From: Ancylonema sp.
Lineage: Eukaryota
Direction: 5' to 3'
DNA: 61,235 bases
Assembly (NCBI GenBank): GCA_050230475.1
Contig: JBFLGF010000202.1
Location: 1 to 61,235, forward strand
The notes beneath the pieces were generated by a model that did no database searches, was not told the DNA's origin, and saw nothing but the letters and a program-made list of their open reading frames with translations. The first letter of the stretch is position 1. The number at the start of each line of letters is the position of its first letter. Positions 52,901 through 61,235 of the stretch are shown in pieces. A program made the translations under genes and the position numbers.

Positions 52901-55900
52901 CCTTCCATTTTCTTACCCAGATCTCCAGTTGGGAACCGAGGCATCCAGATTGCCTCCCAAGTCATCGTAGAACCACCCAGTGCTGTTCTGGGGCCACATC
53001 ACGGAAGGCACGGTGAGGAAGCCTGCCACCTGGCACTTGCCAGCATAGCACCCCGTGCCAGCTGGGCAGTCCAGCTGTCCAACACCGTTGTCGATCAACC
53101 CGTCGCAGTTGTCGTCTTTTCCGTTGCATCTGGAAGATAAAAATCATCGAGAAGAGAGGGGTTTAGGGAAGTAATCGAGGACAGAAGTGGAGACTGGAGA
53201 TGAAACAGACAGTGTGCGATTGATAATATGATATGTTAGTTTTGATCCTCACATTTCAGCGGCTGGGGCAGTGGCGGTGCAGGACTGCCAGATGCCCTGC
53301 GAGCACGTGTGGATGCCTGAGCCACACACGGTGGCGCAGGATTGGGTGAGAAGTGCTGACGTGGACCCCACGTTGTCTATGTAGCCTGGAGAGTGAGGAA
53401 AAGTCAAAGGGAGGGAGGGGTGGGGGTGAGACTTGACGATGAAATGGGACGAGCCTGAATGAGAGAGCAAAACTCGTTATGAAGTAAACAGAGGAAGATA
53501 AAAAAAAGAAGAAAAAAAAAGAGTAAAATATAAGGTCTAGTATATGTTGACGCAATCGGTCAAGATTTGTGTGAAACTGCTTTCTGGATGTAGAGTGAAA
53601 AGAAGGGACTTGTGACCAACGCTGGTTTCCCACAACAGCATGAGTATAGAGAGGAGCAGTACTGACCGTCATTGTTGTTATCCAAACCATCGCAGATTTC
53701 CGGAGCCACCATTGGTGTTGTACAGTTGGGTCTTTACAAGTATGGGGGGGACAGGGAGGGAGGCGGTGGGGCACACGATTAGGAGGAGTACCAATCAAAG
53801 TTGGTAAATGTTCGTCAATTCAATGTCAATTTCCTTGCTTGCTTATGTGGGGTCGGTTGGACATTATCGGGTGCCTCGTCATGTGCACGTCATCATGGTA
53901 GTCTGGCATGTGTGCAGATAAGCATTGCATGGATATGAGAAGAAACAAAGGTACCAATACTTACTGTACGTACTGATAGCAACGCAAAAAAACTCGAGGA
54001 CAAGAACATCCCAACTATCATCAAACTGGGCAAGCCACAAACCCCCACACTCCCCTACAAGGTCCCCACCCATCCCCCATCCCGTATCCCCCATCTGCCA
54101 TCCCCCCAAGCAGCACCCCACTCTACCCCTTACGATCGAGTTCCTGAGATCCTCAAGTCGAATGCCATCTGCCACGCCCACGACGCCCACGCATGGCTCT
54201 CCACTGCAATCCAGTTCTTCCCCTCCACTAGATTGTACGTGTTAGCCGGTCCTGGGAGAGGCAGAGATAGAGAAGTGAAAGCCACCCCCAGGCCGCTGGC
54301 GTTGTTGAAGTACGCGTTCTGGTATGAAGTAGCCTGAAGGAAAGGGGGGGTTGAGAATTTCAATAAAAGACCACAGCCCCTTTTTTTTTTTTTTTTTTTT
54401 TTTTTGAAACAACCTCATTTCTGTCTACAGACTGGGTGACTCTTCGGAAGAGGTTTAGATATAGAAATAAGGATGGATTTTGGAGGAGTACAGGTTTTTC
54501 TGTCTTACCAGGGTCGTGGAAGTGATCGGTAGGCATGAGTTGGCGGGTGAGTTCCACTCCATTCAGGTATATCGCACCAGACATGAGCACAATCTCCACA
54601 TTGAGGGCAGAGAAACACCCCGTGTCTTTCAATGAGAAAGAGTTGCGGTAAAAGTAGGTCAGGAGGGAGGGGCTGGCAGGTGGCAGAATGGTATTGAACA
54701 TGCTCTGACCAACTGCCAGAGGGAAGGGAGGGAGGATGGGGTCAATCGTACGGCAAAACAATTTCCTGCACACAATGAGAATTGGACGCATATGGCAATG
54801 CGCAGTAATAGCAGGACCACATCTGGCCTGTACCCATCTTCCCCTCCCTGCTGTTTATAACTCACAGGACATGTATCCGAAGGGTGCTGTTGCTATTGGC
54901 CACGAGGCAGCTCCGCTGTAAAGTGGCGATGTGAACGCACGGGTGAGAGCCCCCCCCCCTGTGTTGTAACTCCAGCTGCTCGAAGGAGGCAGCACACCGC
55001 AGTACCAGCACACGCACAGAAGCAGCATAGGGACAGGTGTCAGCGTCAGAGTGAGCAAGACACAGTGTCTCTCGATCGACACCCGAGTATGCATATACCA
55101 CAACCAAGTGGGGTATATTCCTTCTTTATTGGTACCAGGCAGACCAGTCCAGCTGCCATCCACCTCCCCTGCCCACCCGTTTCTGATGGACTTACAGAGG
55201 GGAGGCGGAAGTACAGCTGGCAGCGCCCCCTGCGCTGTAGAGTGTGACATGCTGGAACGCCAGAGCCCCTAGAGTGACTTGCACAGTGGCCAGGTTGTTT
55301 GTACACAGGGTGGCGTAGGTCGCAACGGTGGCTGGGGTGACAAAGGTGGACCCTGCACACATACTGGGGAGGGAGGAGGCACCAGAGGGAGGATCAGATG
55401 CAGTTCTACAAAGAATATATGAAAGAGCACAACCCCAGAGCCACAATCTGTCTCCCTGTTATATTTCGTACCTTGGGTAAGTGTTTTGGGTGTTAGGAAC
55501 GGCCCAAGCCCCAGCAAACGTTGGAGGGAAGAGGAGGGTGAGGCCATTGGAGCAGCCGGGATCGTTGTCTCGGTAAGATACCGTAAGCCATGGAGAAGAA
55601 AAGGTGGGCTGGCCGAAGGGAGGGGTGATGGTGATGATATACGACTGGCCTGTGAGGAGAGTGGCGGAGAAGAAGCGCTCAGTCGGAGAACCTTGAGAGT
55701 ACACGTACACTTCCTGGAGGTTGCCGTCCAGAGATACGGACTGCTTGTCGGCCACACGGGTGATGGTGAGGAAGCTGCACCATAGGGGGGTTGTGCATGG
55801 TGACGACGTCAGTGTCAAGATATTTTATGCACTCATCGGTGCTGATTGGACCTGTATCTCTTGGTTTGATGACTCATACATAACAAAAGTGTTTGGTACC

Positions 55901-58900
55901 TGTACTGGCCGTGTTTGTTGCAAGCGGCGTTGTAGCCAGTCGTGAACAGAGGCTCGAGGTAGCTGATAGAAATGCTCCGATAGCATGTGGCGGGGCATGC
56001 CTGGGCATTCCAGGCCTTGTGGAAGGTGCAGGACTGCGGGCTGCCAGGTGGCGGCAGGAGGAAGGGGTTGTTGGCGACAACAAACCCAGGTGTGCCCACG
56101 ATCGACCCGTCCTTATCCCACACGCTGTAGAACTGTGCTTGTTCTCCCTGGAAAGTTGTTGTTGTATACGGCTGGACAGACGGTTTCGAGACGACATAAT
56201 GGTTAGTGGGGGGATGGGGGAAATCGTGATGACGATTTCAGAGAGACGTTATTTGGATTACCTCCACGTAGTCGGTAGTGTTGGGCATCCACACCGGGTT
56301 GCTGTTGGCTGTGAAGGTCAGCCCCTGCGACCCAAAACCGGGCGAGGAGGCATGTCAGATTGGTCGTTCAGTCTTGTTTCTGGGAGGGAGGGGTGCGGGT
56401 GTTGTTTACCTTGAGAGAGTAGGAGGGGCTCCAGTAGTCGACAGTCAACGGTGTAGCCAGGGCAATAGCAGCCGCCTGATGACATTCGGTGTGGTAATTC
56501 GAAAACTTCACATTCTGAATGCTGGGGACGAGGTTCACGAAATCGAATCTGTTCCCCTGCTGCATCACGACCCCGAACCTTGGTGACGTGCGCGGCCACC
56601 AGGTGCTGCGACCGACACTGCCCGGGGCGAGGGGCAACGAGCAAGTGCCATCTGTCGGCGCGCAGTTGCTCCAGAATCCAGAGTTGTCGCAGCTGGTGGG
56701 GGTACCGTAGTTGGCAGTCTCCATAATCATCTTGGAGTCTTTGAGAATGACCCCTTGCCCTGGACTCAGCAGCAAGCCCCAGAGGTTGTCCGCAAATGTG
56801 GCGATGCGGAACGTCAAAAAGTCGGTGTTGAAGGACAGCATGCTGGGAGGGGGAGGGGGGGAATCTCGATTTAGAGGTAAGAGGTAAGAGGTAAGAGGTA
56901 GGAGATAGGACAGACAGGGTCATATCAGCCGAGAAAAGAAAGCATGTTAGGATTCTGGCATTCTGTTTCGAGTCGCTCACCCGAAAAACGCGTTCTTGTA
57001 CACTAGACGATTGTCGTTGAAGTTCATTTGATTCCCATGCTCGGCCCCCACCACCAGCCACACATCACAAGGCAGTGAGCTCTGAGGTTTCATCACAGAG
57101 GGCTACGTAAGCGACCGGATGACTCACCGTAGGAGACATGCTACCTCCAGGACGGTGACCATGCGGGTATGTTCGATACCCGGCTCCTTGGTTGGAATGA
57201 GCCACATTGTCTCTGAATGTGCCACCCATGATTGCAAAGAAGGGGTTCACCGTGGAGTACTCGGGAACCTGGATGCTGATGCCTCGGACCGATTGGCGAA
57301 GCTCCATCCAGAAGCTGACAGGCAACAAACAGCACAGCTCAAGGTAAGATAAGAAATCATCTGGAAGGTATAGGATATTGAGAGAGAGAGAGAGAGGGAG
57401 GGAGAGGATAATAAAGGGGAGTTCGAACCCACCCACTATCAGATGAACCAGCCCCTACGTTCCCGATGTAGGAGTTGTTAGGGTTGCTGATCCAAAAGGT
57501 GGCAGGGAGATTGTCGGATTCTGAGCTGCTGAATCCATCTGGAGCATCGGGGATGAGTTTCACAACTGCACATGCGAGAGACCTTCCATCAGAGTCATTC
57601 CTCAACAGAATTGATACCTCTCTAAGCTGGATGATGTTGCAGCCTTTGCAGGAGGGGGAGGGGAATTCACTTGTCCGCTACGGTAGCAGCAAGAGCTGTA
57701 GACCTACCACGGTTCAGTCATCCAACTTTGCAACGTACTGTTTCCGAGAGGCATGATCAACATACTCTGGTCTAGACTGGCTTACTGCTTCACAGTAAGA
57801 ACATGTCAAAAGACCAAACCGGTTTCAGTACCCCTATGCTGTCCTCCAGTGGCCCCTGCTGCTTGTGTTTATAATGTGAGAACAGGGTGCCCCATTTTTC
57901 TTGTCTTAAAGAAGACAGCTCACCAGAGCAAAGACTGAGAGTAAACCAACACCCACACTGTACACACGACTGTACTCGTCCCCTCACCAGGATTGGTGAC
58001 CATTCCCAAGTTGTTGAGGAACAAATTCCCATGCTCCCCCCCATCTTCAATAAAGAAGCAATGCCCGCTGCTGTTGTACGCCACGTTGCTCTCGATAACC
58101 GCATCGTGAGTGCTGTGGACTGAGAGACAGCGCTGGAAACTGTTCCGGATGGCATTGTTTTTGAACACCATGCCATTGCCTGCCAAGCTGCCGCACAAGT
58201 GGAAGTGAAACGGGTATCGACCCAGAGTGCCCTGCTGCCCGTTCTGGAAGCTCTCCACGCCCTCAATGAACTGTGGCGTCTTTGTCATATACACAATGAT
58301 ATGACCGCCTGGAAACCAAGGATGGGAATAAGAGATGGACATTAGATGTGATTCTAGTTGGATCGCGAAAAAATAACACGGAAATACACATGAGACTGCG
58401 CCCCTTCCCCTCATAACCATCGTGTGTGACACAAGTTCAGACCTTCGTATATGCATTTGAATGATTCAAGCACTGCAAGTGCCTCTTTTCCCACCCAATT
58501 CCGCTGCGCCACCTCACCTTCCAGGTCGTAAGGGGCTGCCTCTGCAGTCCCGAAAATCGTGATACGTCTCGACAGCAACGCCACTTCAGCACGTTCATCC
58601 ACATACCCGCCCAGCCCATCCGCCAGGCCTTGATACTTCCCGTAGTGCATGAACAGAAACGAGTGGTCCAGGCCCAACTGAACTTGGCTGGCTGACAGCT
58701 GGGTCACTGCAGGAGCGAAAACGTACGGGTTAGCCGCAGTCGTGTGACCAAGCCCACGTATTGAACACAATCCCACCGACCACCATCACCTGATGTGATC
58801 AAGAAGGTCTCAGCCTGGTCCTTGTCGAAGTCGGTGGAGGCCACTGCCACCCGGCCACCTATTGGCCACGCTACCGCACCCCCGCAGTCTAGCACCATGC

Positions 58901-60281
58901 TTGTTGCTCCAGGATTGGCTGTCGCGATGAGGCGGCACCAGGAGGGGGTGGCACTGCCACCTGGCATGCCGTGGAGGTGGACTTGGCCTCCTACCTGTAC
59001 ATACTCACTGTGTGAGCACGAGTTGTGATGTCATCATGTTTCAACTATGTGCATCGCTGACTATACGAAGTGTTGCACAAGGAGCAGGTGTGAGTGACAG
59101 TGAGGGGTAAGGTACAGGAAGAATCCGTCCTGGTATGAGGGAGTGGGTACTGACCACTGCGAAGGCCTTGTGACCGAGATTGCGCGGGAAGGCGGTCTCT
59201 GCGGGTTGAAAGGCTGTGAATTTATAGGTCATACGGTAGCCCTCCAGGTTAGGGGTCAACTCGATGGTTATGTTCTGACTGAAGTGTAGGCGAGGGGTGC
59301 CGATGGTCAACTGCCCTGCGGTTATCACATAGTGCGCCTTCACGTGGATCAAGGGCAGAGTGGGGGAGTCCAACACTCTGCGAGAGACGGTGGGAAAGAT
59401 GTCGCCATAATGGGGACTTTGTGGCTACTGGCAGGTGTTTCTCTACAGTGGAGTGACTGCTTCCCCCCTCCCTGGGTGGACACACGGCGCGAGGGGAGAG
59501 CACACTCAAAGCACTTGACCACTTAAGTACTTAAGCATTGAGCAGGGAACCCGTGAACAGGGCTGGAAAGTGAAAAAGAGATCATTTCACAAGGGTGGGG
59601 AGGGTACGCGTCATGATGTGGCACGACATCACAGCTGCTAGCTATCGCAAGACATTGCTGCCACATACAGAAGCCCATTTTTCTTACTTGAGGAAGCCCT
59701 GGATAAAGAGGGTGTTCAGCGTGACAGATGGCAGATGTCTAGGAGGACCGCAGTGCCACATGGAATAGTGACATTCGCCATTACACCTGCAACGACTCCA
59801 GGAATGTAGGAGCCGCCCCAAGTGGATGCCTGACTCCAGAGCTTGAAGCCTGAATGCGGAGGGGGGTGACGATGGTGTCGGCGACGGTGGCCTACAGTGA
59901 GTGAGATGTCTGACACGTGTAAGAATATCTCGCAATGGTACAGACAGTGGTGCATGTGAATCTATAGCGCAGATGCGATGGTTCGCCATGCAACACGGCA
60001 AGTGTGTGTGTAAGCGGATACAGGTACATTTAGTATTGTTCGAGTGCATGTAAATGTACATGTGTACGGCATGTGGGGTCTGGAAAGGCATTGATGCGTC
60101 ATTGGTGCATAAAAGTGGTCGAGAGGTAGGGGAAGTGACAGATATTGAACTACCCGGCAGGCGGATCCGCAAGAAATGGACATGGTGATGTGAATACGTC
60201 AACTGGAGAGAAAGCGGTACCCTCCACATGGTACAATTTCACGAGTACAAAAAACAAAATAATAATGTTTGCGAATGCCAT
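49998..60281 (-). CDS. Large secreted G8 + beta-helix (CEMIP/TMEM2/fibrocystin-like) protein with three C-terminal beta-sandwich repeats and two ExCxGxDxNxDG motifs; frame disrupted as assembled (possible pseudogene)
   Basis: About 25 exons: 60221-60281, 59688-59849, 59155-59377, 58790-58994, 58518-58706, 57988-58308, 57433-57565, 57128-57314, (56981-57081 uncertain), 56410-56842, 56262-56324, 55900-56147, 55472-55774, 55196-55405, 54866-54975, 54509-54712, 54134-54333, 53667-53731, 53253-53385, 52917-53129, gap, 51418-51614, 51113-51280, 50820-50910, 50530-50690, 49998-50255. Motifs WS.ASTW, VASTDF, RAEVALLSR.I, GQQG.LGRYPFHFH, GHCFFIEDG.E.GN...NLG, ATFWISNPNN, F.DNVAHSN. Confidence 0.82.
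51723..52855. repeat. Circularly permuted direct copy of 50026-51157
   Basis: 51723-52072 corresponds to 50808-51157 (offset 915) and 52073-52855 to 50026-50808 (offset 2047). Ends at N (52856). Confidence 0.93.
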
Positions 60282-61044
60282 TGGAAGGCACACTGAGTGT
60301 GCTGAATCTGTCGAGGGTGGATCGCCGTGGGTCGCAAGTATGATGAACATAAGATATGAAATTGTGACAACGTAGACTATATTCAGACGACAAAAGGTCG
60401 GTTTTGAGTCAGATGAGCAGAAATGAATCCACTGGTGAAGGAAATGGCGTACGGCCACCGTTCAGCGGGCAAAGTTCTCAAACACGGTAATACTATATAG
60501 GCTTCAGGAAGCCTAGGTCAGCTGCCACAACCTTTGTCAATCCTGCAAGTCTCTCTGCCAGCTACGCTGATGGCGTGGACATGCATCTCAGGGCCAGGTC
60601 TGCAGCGCGGTTACGCGTGAAGCTGTCCGTTAGTGCGGATGACATCTACCTGCAAAGGAGACGTTATTTTCTGATGTTTCAGACGCCGGAGTTAGATGCC
60701 TGAGTTATGTGCCAGTGCAACAACAATGATTGAATAAACAATATCTGGATGTTTGGAAGGCTCTTCGGATAATCGAGTTTTGGATTTTCTGGTAGCACGA
60801 TCGGCATGAACAAAAGTTAGGTTGCACAAAACAAAGGTTATGAGCCAGACATTGTAATTTTGTCGGGAAGGAAACTGAGTTGCCCTACGATTTGTGTCTG
60901 AGATCTGCACACGTAGCCAAATGTAGAAAAGCTGGCCTCCACATATGTGTATTGGACGGCTACGATGGCAGGTTAACTCTTGGGCACGCCGCACACATTT
61001 AGTCGTTTAGTAATTATACATTCTTTTGTATTCGCGAAGACTAA

Positions 61045-61235
61045 GAGCATAAGTTATAGCCCGGCCCAGTTCGACGAAAAAGCGGCCCGGTTGAATTGCG
61101 CCCGGTTTCATGTCGAACTGGGTTGCGAAAGTTCAAGTTATAGCCCGGCCCGGTTCGGTCCCAGTTCGTTTCGCCAATATATGTCGAACTGGGAGGGAGC
61201 CGGGCCAGCATTGCGCCGGCTCGATTGGCCCAACT
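61045..61235. mobile_element. Probable end of a TIR element / MITE, running off the window
   Basis: AGTTATAGCCCGGCCC occurs twice, TGTCGAACTGGG twice, plus inverted CCCAGTTCG(AC): a subterminal-repeat pattern. Confidence 0.4.

Overview
Eukaryotic, intron-rich nuclear DNA. The protein families and microsatellite-laden introns suggest a streptophyte green alga or other early-diverging plant (inference). I reconstructed eight protein-coding loci by hand from GT-AG boundaries and phase consistency: RRP6-like exosome exonuclease (-, 136-6889); an intronless cyanobacterial-type CPBP/Abi membrane protease (+, 7691-8719); a ZMYND15/MSS51-like MYND-finger protein (+, 11384-20097); an ML-domain lipid-binding protein (-, 21043-23009); an ARP-clade AP endonuclease carrying AT-hooks (+, 26272-31387); a cytochrome b561-domain protein (-, 34540-35930); cycloartenol synthase (-, 42142-48479); and a ~1550-aa secreted G8/beta-helix protein with bacterial-style C-terminal modules, disrupted as assembled (-, ~49998-60281). 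Two duplications abut single-N assembly gaps, one of them an exact circular permutation. The window also holds nested MITEs, LINE and Ty3/gypsy fragments and many micro/minisatellites. I found no rRNA, tRNA or CRISPR. Family assignments rest on recalled motifs, not on database searches.
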